The notes: generated by a model from the letters alone, not told the origin. Positions 27,139 to 38,600 are shown, counted from the stretch's first letter. The stretch: DNA of 64,000 nucleotides from Phoronis australis (GCA_002633005.1 NMRA01000285.1:124001-188000); one strand, 5' to 3'. Made by a program: numbers and translations.

Positions 27139-28215
27139 ATGGAGTGCAGCGCATCTGAGATGGAAGATCGCGTGATGATGAATAGCGCTGGAGAAAGGTT
27201 TTTAAATCTTCAAGGAGAGAACAGAATTAACATTCCAAGCTCAGTTTTTGAATTGACCGAATTGGACGAGCTCGACGTGTCTGATAACGCCATAGGACGT
27301 ATACCGAAGGAGATCTCAAAACTCCGGAAATTGAAACGACTGAATCTTTCGCAAACGTACGGTGATTCTGGTGGAGCAAAAATAAAGGAGATTCCCAAAG
27401 CAGTGGGTGAACTTGCCAATCTTACAGTGCTGGATTTAAGTGGAAATCGTTTGACGTGGTTACCAGACGCTATGCAACACCTGAAAAGACTTGAGATACT
27501 GGACGTTAATATGAACCAACTACCCGCTATTCCTGACTGTGTCCCAAAGCTAACCCAGTTGAAGCAGCTTTTAGTTTGTGAAAATAATATTTCAGAATTA
27601 ACACGGAATGTTGACAAATTGGAAAGGTTGCAAAACCTGTCTTGTGATGGCAACCAAATTACTAAGCTGCCTGAAAGCCTGACTCGATTGATTCAATTAG
27701 AAAAGTTGTCAGTTGGGGGCAACCTTATTCGAAAGTTACCTGAAAGTATTGGAAATATGGTTGGCTTGACAGAACTGATGGTGTACGGAAATGCTCTAAA
27801 AGATTTGCCGCAATCAGTGGGTCAGTTAACAAATTTAAGAGTTCTGGATATTTCAATGAACAGTTTCCAGGACATTCCAGTTTGTGTTTTTTCTTTGGTG
27901 CAGTTATTGAGGCTTACAGTGAATGACAATCAAATCAGTCAATTGTCAAACCAGGTGTCTAATTTACAATGTTTGGAGACAATCGATCTTTCGGGTAACA
28001 GGCTGGAATCCATCCCACACGACTTCGCTAAGTGCGTCAATTTGAGAGAGATTGGTTTGAAACACATGCGACTGACATATCCTCCAGCAAGCATATGTTG
28101 CCAAGATGCTGGCGTCATAATCAAGTATTTGAATGAACACAAAACTGCGAAGAAATCGAAAGAACATTGCCAAATGCGTACTGCGAGAAAGGTGGCCGAC
28201 GGTAAGAAAAAATGA
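27139..28215 (+). CDS. leucine-rich repeat protein (~12 LRRs of 23 aa, SHOC2/RSU1/ROCO N-terminal type)
   Basis: 358-aa uninterrupted ORF with repeated LxxLxxLxLxxNxLxxLP and C-cap LTYPPASICCQDAGVIIKYL. Acceptor tttaacag at 27130 implies an upstream non-coding exon; a strong donor G|GTAAGA after 28201 means the true CDS may splice rather than stop at 28215. Confidence 0.9.
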   Translation: MECSASEMEDRVMMNSAGERFLNLQGENRINIPSSVFELTELDELDVSDNAIGRIPKEISKLRKLKRLNLSQTYGDSGGAKIKEIPKAVGELANLTVLDLSGNRLTWLPDAMQHLKRLEILDVNMNQLPAIPDCVPKLTQLKQLLVCENNISELTRNVDKLERLQNLSCDGNQITKLPESLTRLIQLEKLSVGGNLIRKLPESIGNMVGLTELMVYGNALKDLPQSVGQLTNLRVLDISMNSFQDIPVCVFSLVQLLRLTVNDNQISQLSNQVSNLQCLETIDLSGNRLESIPHDFAKCVNLREIGLKHMRLTYPPASICCQDAGVIIKYLNEHKTAKKSKEHCQMRTARKVADGKKK

Positions 28216-30213
28216 GATCGGCTGCTGTGACGAGACTAGTCAGTGACCGGAACAATTGATATTGACTGAAATAAGCTGTTTAATGTCATTTCATGATGGT
28301 TCAGGTGAAACATGACTTTTGATCGCATCAAATGATGACCCCAAGGGCCAGGGTCACGTTTTCATTAAGTGATTGGCAGTATTATTATGTAGGGCTCTGA
28401 TAACGATAACTTTACGTTCTAATTCCGTTTCTTGTGATTAGGCCACAGAACGAGAACACTATTAAATTTGTCTGTTCGCCAATATGTTTGCATGTGATTG
28501 GCCAGCCTCAACACAGACGTGACGTAATGTTCCTGAATTCTCACCAAGTTCTATGATAAAAATATTTACTGAAGAGGCATCCAAAGCAGGATTTTTTTCT
28601 GAAAAAATGCTGTCAAATGTTTCACTTGTTTCGGCTGCTGTATACTAGGTCTTGCTCCAAGTGCAGCGAATGTAACAATCGGATGTCTTCTGGGCAGACT
28701 GCTGATGAGGGTTTTTAAGTGCAAAATACAAGTTGAAATCGTCTCTGTGTTAGACACAGAGGACTCCCAGCTAGAAATGTTTGAACGTGAAAAGGAATGT
28801 CGTGCATTAAATGTCAGGAATCTTCTATTATGTGCAGGATTTCACATTATGTGGTTTAACCAGGTAGGGCTTGTGAGATGTCAAAACTTGATAACACTGA
28901 GATGTTTGTCGTGTTGGTCTGTGCTGTTACAACTATTTAAAACGGGCTTGTCTGCCGTGTGTAACGTGTAGTAATAGGTTTCAGACAAAATCCTTTTAAA
29001 AATTGGAATTATGGCACGATTTAGATGTGCACAAACTCATTCCATATAAATCTAGTGAACAGGAAGACTTCGGAAGAGTACTGAGCACGAGCTGAGATGT
29101 GTGATGCTGTTGAACGTGAGCCGAGACTGTCTCTGCTATTTGTGGAAATGGCCTAACACGCATATCCGACATTCGCTACAGATACGACTGGGGAGTGCTT
29201 TGTAAGAAATGTGATTTAAAAAACTTTAATATTATTAGAATCTGTGTAAAACAGTATACCAAAGCAGAAAGAAGACGCCAACTGTTTCAAATATCTGTTC
29301 AATGTCAACGCAGCGTAGCAAAACAATGGACATCTGGTTTTCGGCGTCCTTACATAAACTCGCTAATTCACCCATGGCCTGAAGGGCAACCAGGCAGTTT
29401 TCGATTTTGATTGCGACACAGTCATTAACTATTTTAAAAATCTCGGATCTTGAAAAGCAGGCTTGTGTTCGATAAATGACGGACAATTTTTAGTCTCCGA
29501 CAATTAATGCCATACTTGCCTAGCGTTAGTTTTAGTTTTAAAACATTAGTTTCTAAATGTTTGACAATATTTAAGTTGCTTTCACTTAGTAATTGATCCA
29601 TTGAATCACTGAATATCTACCTGAACACTTGCATAATGTTGACAGGCGGCCGCATGTGAATGATTTACAAGATACTTAAACTGTTTGGATTGTTGATCGT
29701 TCCTTATATGGTATTTTGAAATTGTAATTCATGTTTGTTGAATTTGTACGATGGTATGCTGTAATAGGGGCCGAAGGCCTGTTTATTTGAAATAAATTAC
29801 TATTACGTAAGACGGTTCATACGCTATGAACTATGCTGTGGTGGCAAACATTTGCTTTTTTGGCAGGCGTATTTGCTCTTCAAAGCAACGATACCGCGTT
29901 CTTATGCCTTGTTTGAATTGAAACTGGGCTGCTATAAAACGTCTGGAATGTACCAGGACGGACTGACATTGCTTCGGCAAGCCATTGTGCGATACAGCTT
30001 AACGATCCTCGGGTCCTAAATCATAATCAACTCACAATTTTTCGTTTGCCAATAAATCATTTCTAATGCGATAAAGGAAAAAGGTGAGACTAATTTTACA
30101 ACGGTAACCGGTCTAAATAAAACAGGTTTTTGACAGAAGGATTGGATCGCTGAAAAGCGTCTTAAGCGGGCAGATCTTCCTTCTGTGGCTCAAATAATGT
30201 ACTCTGGGATGCA

Positions 30214-30436
30214 CAGAGGCGGATCTACGGGGGGGGGGGTTCAGGGGGTTCAAACCCCCCACCTCCTCGAGACAGGATCAAAAATAAAAATTGAAAACAA
30301 TTTCGCCAAAAAAAAACGAAACCAGCCACTAAAAACCACAAAAAATCTTAGACGGGAGGGGGTGGAAACCCCCTCCCCGGACCTTCCTTCCGCTCGTCGG
30401 ATTCGCTCGAATCCTAACCCCCCTCCCCTGCCACTG
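30214..30436. mobile_element. small non-autonomous DNA transposon (MITE) with G/C-run subterminal repeats
   Basis: Ends CAGAGGCGG... and ...CCTGCCACTG are imperfect inverted repeats; direct repeat ATGCA at 30209-30213 and 30437-30441. Confidence 0.65.
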
Positions 30437-31380
30437 ATGCAAATCAAACAGTCGCTATAAAGAATCATTATTAAGCAACATTGCACTTGAAAATGCACCC
30501 GTTAAATAAACAAACTCTAGTTATCAGAGGAAAATTTATATATTACGTTTAATTTAATGTCTTCAAATCTTCAGTCTTTCTGTACACGAAGGATGTCTAC
30601 CCAGGTATAATTCAAGAGTGGCCAAAATTCTTTGCGGTGGACGAAAGTAATTCAATGAAGTAAACTCAGTTACGCACCTTCTATAGGATGGTGTCAAAAA
30701 CAGGTATTATTTTTTTAACGCCGATTGTGTTTCAGTAATAGAGCAGGTATATACAGCGGGTTCAAAGGCGGTATGTCACCTTCAAGGTACAAGGCTACGT
30801 ACAACTCTTTTACAACTGGTGGCTCAGAAACTCATGAACAGACATTTATGAACCTTTTTATTGAGCTATGAATACCGTGACCAAGAACATACATGACGTA
30901 GTCCCAAAAAGCTACAAAATGATCAACACAACTGCCTCTGTTGCTGTCAGTGAAAAATACGCATCTGGACATGAAACTGAGATATATATATATTTATACA
31001 TATATATACACATGAATGTGTCTGTGGATAATAAATACATACTTCTCACTTTGTATACGAAAAACTATACATAGATGTGAGTGAGTAAATATACATCAGG
31101 AAATACAAAAAGTAGATAAACGACTCACTAAATAACTGAAATCACCCTATCATTACAAACAATTACATTAAATGTTTGTTTCTAAATACATAGAATACAT
31201 GCCTGCCAACCAGAAAGCTTTGAAATACCATAGAGGTTCAAAACCATAAACACTTGCATGGGCTCATGTGCAATTATTAGACTTAGAAAGCGAATATGAC
31301 AACCATTTATAGCAAAACAGTAGTGTCAATAGCATGACCAATTTTCTTTTTAGTACAAATGTTCAAGATAAATTCTCACA

Positions 31381-31795
31381 AATTGTTGAAGACACAATTG
31401 CAGCCTACGTTTCATGCTATTCTCAGCGGAGACGGGGACCGGCGGCCTGAGCCGGGCCCGCTGGGCCCGGCTGCCGAACTGAGGCAGTGTGGCCGGCTAG
31501 ATCGACTGCCGGAGGCGCGATGGGCCTATGCCAAAGCTGCCGACGGCAGCGCAGACGGGGACCGACCAAGGCCCGGGAGGGGGGCCTCGGCCAAGCTGCC
31601 TTCGGGCAGCGCGTGCCCCGTAACGTAAGCCATTAGGTAGGCGGGAGGGGCGCGCGCGGGCCAGGCCGCCACACTATAGGCGACGCGTGCCCCGTCAATA
31701 ATCCGCAACATAGGCGGGACGGGCCAACCATCCGTAGGCGGCACGTGCCCCGTCACGACGGCGTCAGCCACAACGTCGGTGACTGAGTCACGGTG
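31381..31795 (-). ncRNA. candidate structured non-coding RNA (GC-rich, modular hairpins, possible H/ACA tail); family unknown
   Basis: Sharp GC-rich island in AT-rich DNA with about ten hairpins; G-U pairs work on the minus strand; thrice-repeated ACGGGGCACG motif; no recognisable protein in any frame checked. Confidence 0.45.
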
Positions 31796-32537
31796 TTGTA
31801 ACTGTAACTGTTTGAAGATCTAAAATGTTAGCGGTTTCTGACGTCGATTTCAGGTTACTATTGCTTACGTTATCCTTTGAACGAATGGAGTGTTGTAGTA
31901 GTTTTGTTGAGTATATTTTTGTTCCGGCATTAAATTGTTAAATGAATCCCATCTTCATGTTTCTCTCAGCCTGTGAATTGAAAAATGAGTAAGTGTCGCG
32001 AAAAGATTACACCTCAAGCCTATGAATATTTTGAAAATGTTTGGTCACGCCTTTCAAATGTAAACTTTGCCCCATTTCAGTTAAATGCTACTCATTATAA
32101 CGCTTTTTACATACAATGCTTTGCTCTGTAGAAATACTTCCTGTATAGTCAAACAAGAGTGTTTCAAAACAGATGGCCTGTTAAGGGTTTCTGTTTATGT
32201 AATTGATATGGCTTGAGCCCATCAATAGAGGGTAATCTTACATAAAAGGACTGGCGAAACAAGTAGTATCAAGCAACATTGCCTATTGCCGAACGCAACT
32301 TGAGTGACACAATCGACTCCACTGTAATTTAGAAAATCGTGTTACTTCACTTGTACTCTTAGACTTTTCCCATTTGTGATTTTTTGCTATTTTTTCTGTG
32401 ATCTATCACATAAAATTTAAATCTAGCTTTTGCCTGTTTCCCTGATCTGCCTAGTTGCCAAGCACCAATGAGATAATTATAGTAAAAGCTATTGGCTTCA
32501 TTGCCGAACACTAGTTTAGCGACAGCGATGTTGGCTG

Positions 32538-32594
32538 TTTTTCGCGCCATCTTTTGAGGAACCACAAACATACTAAACACATTTCAATGACGTA
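32538..32594. promoter_or_regulatory. DOCK-proximal (possibly bidirectional) promoter elements
   Basis: Overlapping E2F-like TTTTCGCGCC and YY1-like CGCCATCTT at 32539-32553, CRE-like ATGACGTA at 32587-32594, CCAAT/ATTGG boxes nearby; all within ~150 bp of the DOCK ATG. Confidence 0.55.
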
Positions 32595-32614
32595 GTACGC
32601 GTGTTGTTTTTGCG

Positions 32615-35600
32615 ATGACATCCGGCCAGCGGGCTTTTGCCCAAAAATTAAACAAGTATGTGTGAATTTTGGGCATTTTATTTTAAGAACAGACTAATAC
32701 GTTTCCTGAGATTTAAAGCAACCATCTTGCTCTTATTTTGACATGCTAAGATGCTTCAATTTCTTGATTTCTTTTGCCAAACCAGGGAATTCCATTCATT
32801 GACATTGTCCCATTGATTTCTGTTTCGGCAAATCTTAAATCTTATAATGTCGTTGTCGTGGAACTGACATAGGCAAGTAACGCGTCGCCCCCTAGTCTGC
32901 CGTTGAGAGTGCGATACTGTCTACCAAGTTTTGTAGGCTACACATTTAAACAACATGTATTTTAAACGACAGTACGGCCAGTAGTCGAATTCCGGTTAAT
33001 TTCATGAAAACGCTTACTTACTTTCTTCAATGACCTTTCTGCTGGTTCTGTGCGCAGGCGTCCTCAGCTTCTGATCGTCCCCAACACACTACATATAATA
33101 CGACAAGGTATGACACTCCTGACTAGAAATTCCACGGGTGCTTCACTTCAGCCGTCCATAGCAAACATAAAACTCAATAAATTTACACAAAACAGAAGTT
33201 CAAAAAACCATGAAGAATTTTTCTTTCTCCCCAATACCTTTCATGGTGTCCTGTTCCGGTGACTTCGTAAGAAATTCGCAGTCAAAGAACAAAAATGTTC
33301 ACAAAAACCCAAGCACACTTCCATCTTGGACGACTCGAGATCAAAGACGGTGCGGAAATTACAGATGAATTACGGATGGATGGCGTTATCGACATTGTGA
33401 CTTTGCGTGACAAACTGGCATATCTTCTGTCAAGTAATTTTTATCCAAACCAGGCACTGTGTTTTGTGACACGCATTTCTGAGTAGAGTCATATGTGTTG
33501 TGGTAGAATGGTACATATGTGCACATGTCAGACCACAAAAAATAGTAAAATGAATAAGTGGTGACCCTTACCGGTTATACGTAATCTGGTTTCAGCTTTT
33601 TATTTTACTTTGACCAAAATGCAAGATTCACCTCCATGTATAGTTAATTTATTCTAATTTAAAGTTGGTTTTGATTTGACCAAAGTTTCACTGTTTAGAC
33701 TTCATAGTTTTATCTTGTTGTTGACTGTGGTTTACAGACAAGGTGCTGCTGAGGTGAGGAAGCAAGTTTCATCAGCATACATACAACATGGCAGTATCAA
33801 AGAGATGTCCAAGAGTATCAGTGGAGCATCGCTGGCCAGCAATGTGTCGGTGAGTAGAGGTGTCTCAAGTGGTTGTATCTAGCAATGGGTTGAGTGACAA
33901 ACTCCTTGTGTGTGTCGTGGTCAGTCATTGCCCAGTCATCAACTCCCATTTGGCTGAGCATTATTTTTATTTTGGTCCAGTCATCTGAGTGTATATTTTT
34001 CATTGCCCTTGATTACTTAGAATGTTGTGTTGTACCATATCTCATTACAGTGCTTGTCATTAGTTTGTTTTAACTGTTGCTGCCTAGATGTCCTCTTCAT
34101 AATTATCTTCTTTGTCATTTTTCTTTNTGCCGTTGAGAATTGCGATACTGTCTACCAAGTGTTGTAGGCTACACATTTAAACAACATGTATTTTAAACGA
34201 CAGTACGGCCAGTAGTCGAATTCCGGTTAATTTCATGCTTACTTAATTTCTTCAATGACCTTTCTGCTGGTTCTGTGCACAGGCGTCCTCAGCTTCTGAT
34301 CGTCCCCAATACACTACATATAATACTACAAGGTATGACACTCCTGACTAGAAATTCTACGGGTGCTTCACTTCAGCTGTCCATAGCAAACATAAAACTC
34401 AATAAATTTACACAAAACAGAAGTTCAACAAACCATGAAGAATTTTTCTTTCTCCCCAATACCTTTCATGGTGTCCTGTTATGGTGACTTCGTAAGAAAT
34501 TCGCAGTCAAAGAACAAAAATGTTCACAAAAAGCCCAAGCACACTTCCATCTTGGACGGCTCGAGATCAAAGACGGTACGGAAATTACAGATGAATTACG
34601 GATGGATGGCGTTATCGACATTGTGACTTTGCGTGACAAACTGGCATATCTTCTGTCAAGTAATTTTTATCTAAACCAGGCACTGTGTTTTGTGACACGC
34701 ATTTCTGAGTAGAGTCACATGTGTTGTGGTAGAATGGTACATACGTGCACATGTCAGACAACAAAAAATAGTAAAATGAATAAGTGGTGACCCTTACCGG
34801 TTATATGTAATCTGGTTTCAGGTTGTTATTTTACTTTGACCAAAATGCAAGATTCACCTCCATGTATAGTTAATTTATTCTAATTTAAAGTTGGTTTTGA
34901 TTTGACCAAAGTTTCACTGTTTAGACTTCATAGTTTTGTCTTGTTGTTGACTGTGGTTTACAGACAAGGTGCTGCTGAGGTAAGGAAGCAAGTTTCATCA
35001 GCGTACATACAACATGGCAGTATCAAAGAGATGTCCAAGAGTATCAGTGGAGCATCGCTGGCCAGCAATGTGTCGGTGAGTAGAGGTGTCTCAAGTGGTT
35101 GTATCTAGCAATGGGTTGAGTGACAAACTACTTGTGTGTGTCGTGGTCAGTCATTGCCCAGTCATCAACTCCCATTTGGCTGAGCATTATTTTTATTTTG
35201 GTCCAGTCATCTGAGTGTATATTTTTCATTGCCCTTGATTACTTAGAATGTTGTGTTGTACCATATCTCATTACAGTGCTTGTCATTAGTTTGTTTTAAC
35301 TGTTGCTGCCTAGATGTCCTCTTCATAATTATCTTCTTTGTCATTTTTCTTTTCATTAGAGTTCACTTGTCTCACCTCAGCATGCTTTCAGTTTTAAGAA
35401 TGAAACAGTCCTGAGTTACAGATTTGGAACTGTCCTGTATTGGCTTCTCTTATGACAGATTCCTTTGACTGAGGTTGTTGAACCTCTGGACTTTGAAGAT
35501 GTTATGCAACAGCAGCAGAGTGCAATTGACCGTGACCCAATGCGACACCTGTTGGACTTCCCACATGATGATGTCGAGGTGAACCTGTTACCGAGGAAGT

Positions 35601-38600
35601 GTAGGACAATAGCACCTGTTGTTCCCGAGCATGGGTAAGGATTGTGTTAGTACAGAGCTGGTGATGATGTTTACTGGGAGATTGGTCAAATCTCACAGTG
35701 ACTGCTGCTCTTTTGTTGATTAAGCATTCACCATACAGTTGTCCTATCACACAGACATGCACACAAACATGTTCACGCACACAAACACAAGCACACACAC
35801 AAGCACACACACAAGCACACACACACAAGCACAAACACACAAGCAAACACGCACAAGCACACACGCACAAGCACACACGCACAAGCGCACACGCACAAGC
35901 GCACAAGCACAGGCGCACAAGCACACACGCACAAGCACACGCACAAGCACACGCAAAAGCACACACACACACACACAGAGTAGAAAACATTTACCACCAG
36001 GCTCTTTTCATTCTTATTTTCATGCTATTGGGTGTACTAAGTTCCAGTACCACGTACCTCAGTGCTAACTAAAGTTAACATGTGCTTCCCGTAATGACAG
36101 TTATTGTTAGGCTTTGGCTTGCATTGTTGATCTAGTTAACTGTGGATACATGATGGATCATTACGTCCATTCCCCTCTCGGCGAAAGCGTGCTCTCTGTT
36201 TAATCCAATGCCATTGTTGTCCCGTGTTTGTTTCTGTAGCCTGGATGAGAATACCTGTAAATGTTACTTAATGTACTACTTCCTGCTTGGTAGAATCACG
36301 CGTTCAATCAAGCCTCAGTTGAAGTGACCAGTTCCCATATGTCATTTCACACTATATTTAGCCAGAAGAGTCAATTAGATGTCGTGCTTTCAACATCTAC
36401 TGGACAGTGCTACAGTGTTTGGAGGATTATACTACATTCACAATTAGAGATGCTTTGCATTAAAAGAGAGTTTTACCAGTTTTGAACACATTTTTGACTG
36501 TTTTGACATTAAGTTTCTTTGCATAATAGGTTCTTTACCGGCATTCAAAGTGATTATACAATGCTTTTTAAGACACAGTCAATACCATGTTTTATAGAAA
36601 CTCCGTGAGTGTTACTTCTTATCCATTGAATCACAGTCGTCTCGGGTAAAATATGCAATTGTGTATACTCCTGTTCATTTTTTCTTATAGCGCTGACTCT
36701 GACCTTCACATCCGTGACTGTGTCAATGTTTATACATCAGACTATCATGTAGTTCACAGGAGGTAAGTTTGTAAACTATAGTTAGGATATTTCAGGCTTT
36801 TTCACTGTTCATGCATTATTTGGTCACCTAATTTACAAACGGAATGCAGATTCTTAAATGGTTCAGAAATATGAACTGAAATGATAATATGAATGCACCA
36901 AATGACTTTCATAAATAGAGTATTGTCTTTAGTTGAGAATCGAACCTTTGGCCCATAAACTGTGAATTTGCATTTGTAATGAACTAACATGTGGATTTGA
37001 GAACAATAGTTTTGAATGGTTATGGTATACAGTAGTCACAGTATAACTGTGTTCGCTTGCAAATTAAGCCTCTTTGAGTGAATACGTACTTGAATCTTGA
37101 ACAATGGAAAACCTGTTGTAATGACGTACTACGTTTGCTGTGAAGCCTTACGAGGTTTTGTGATTGTTACTTTCAATTAATTTTGAATGATATCATAAGG
37201 GAAAAACATGTCAGTTTTCAAATACTTCTCCCTCTCTATATACTGGGCAACTTTGTCATGAGTGCTGCCATGATAAAGTTTAAGAAAGCACAGGTCTGTT
37301 GCATGAAACTGACTTAAGACTTAAGACAGAAATTTGGTCTTACGCTCCCACGTTACAGTTCCTGAAAAAAGAGTTAGCCAAGTAATTATGAGAGCATCAC
37401 GATCTAGAAATGATTCATAAAATTTATCTCAGTGGCTGGCAGTTGTGATCATATTCTGAGAAACTTTGCACATTGCACAAGTGAACTTTAATTATTTTTT
37501 AAAAATAGTTATGCGGAGCTTAAGACCAACATTTTAGTCGTAAGTCTTTAAGTCATTTTTCATGAAACGAACTCCTGGAGTTGAAATGATTACTGTTTGT
37601 AGTTGTCATAAACAAGCGTTGACTTGTGTTTGGTTTTCTTTTCACTCACCCTGTAACGGGATTTTACAGGTACCAAGGCTACAGTTCATCAGTCAATGCA
37701 AAGACCAGGTCTGTTGAAGTTGTCACAAGTCATCAGTCATTACCTCAACAAGAGTTTGAAATCGACGTGGTGGAGGAGAGTGAACAGGAGATTAAGGTTG
37801 GTGTGGAACACTTACAACTTTCATGCAAATTCAAATTTTACCGAATAGGATGTTTTTGAAAACTAAGCATCCATTCACTGAGTACACGGTGTGTGTGTGT
37901 ATTTATTATTATGGCTTAGGTTTTACAACTTTTTGAGTTCTTGGGAATATGTGTATTAAATAAACAAACTTTCATTGCAAAATCCCTTTTTGTGCAAACT
38001 GTTACATTTGTTTTAATGTACTTACACCATTTTCCATTATTGACATTTTTGACCATCATTTGGTTTTCATAATTTTGTGGAGTGCTTAAAAACACTTTAT
38101 TGTCTTTACTCAATGTGTATGTCATTCCACTGCAATTCAATTTCTTACTGTTTGAATTCAATACGCTGTTTGCTTGTTTGAGCCTGTTGTGTACAAGTAT
38201 ATGTCCTGACTACATGGGGGTATAGTGTTAGTTACTGTGTTGTTTCATGTTTTCCTTCTGTTATTTAATAGGTACTGCTTGTTGGTTCGTTGTAATGTCC
38301 TTTTGACTGGTTAAGATGTCATAACTTTAGACTAATTACCTCTCCAATGTATTGTGTGGAATCCTTGGAATATTGAACTCCATTCATACATTGCACTGTT
38401 TCAGGATAAAAACAAGCGGACCTCCATACACATGAATGACACTCCTAGAGGGAGCTGGGCCAGTAGTATATTCGACCTAAAGAACTCACAAGCTGATGGT
38501 CTGCTGCCCAATATCTTGGAGCACCGTCATCCAGATGAGATAGATCGTAACAACGAGTTTCAGAGACGGCAAGACCGCCATGAGTCCATATTTTCTCTCT

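Noticed and set aside
27210-27653. 147-aa antisense ORF over the LRR gene
   Set aside because: Shadow ORF of a coding exon, no independent signal.
31359-31771. ORFs 31359..31628 (+) and 31526..31771 (-) as proteins or a downstream LRR exon
   Set aside because: Ala/Pro/Gly/Arg-rich by-products of high GC; the phase-1 frame needed after the LRR donor stops after ~18 codons.
31381-32300. Calling the GC island telomerase RNA, RNase P/MRP, 7SL, 7SK, or a twister/hammerhead ribozyme
   Set aside because: No canonical template or pseudoknot, no CR-I/CR-V, no CUGAUGA..GAAA core; only fragmentary resemblances, so left unassigned.
32359-32580. Minus-strand ORF containing MARKTANIAVAK as a head-to-head protein gene
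   Set aside because: No recognisable homology or clear spliced continuation; the ATGGCG is explained by a YY1 motif. Not fully excluded without RNA data.
35502-36072. CV-rich and HT/QA-rich ORFs
   Set aside because: Translations of a CA-rich simple repeat.
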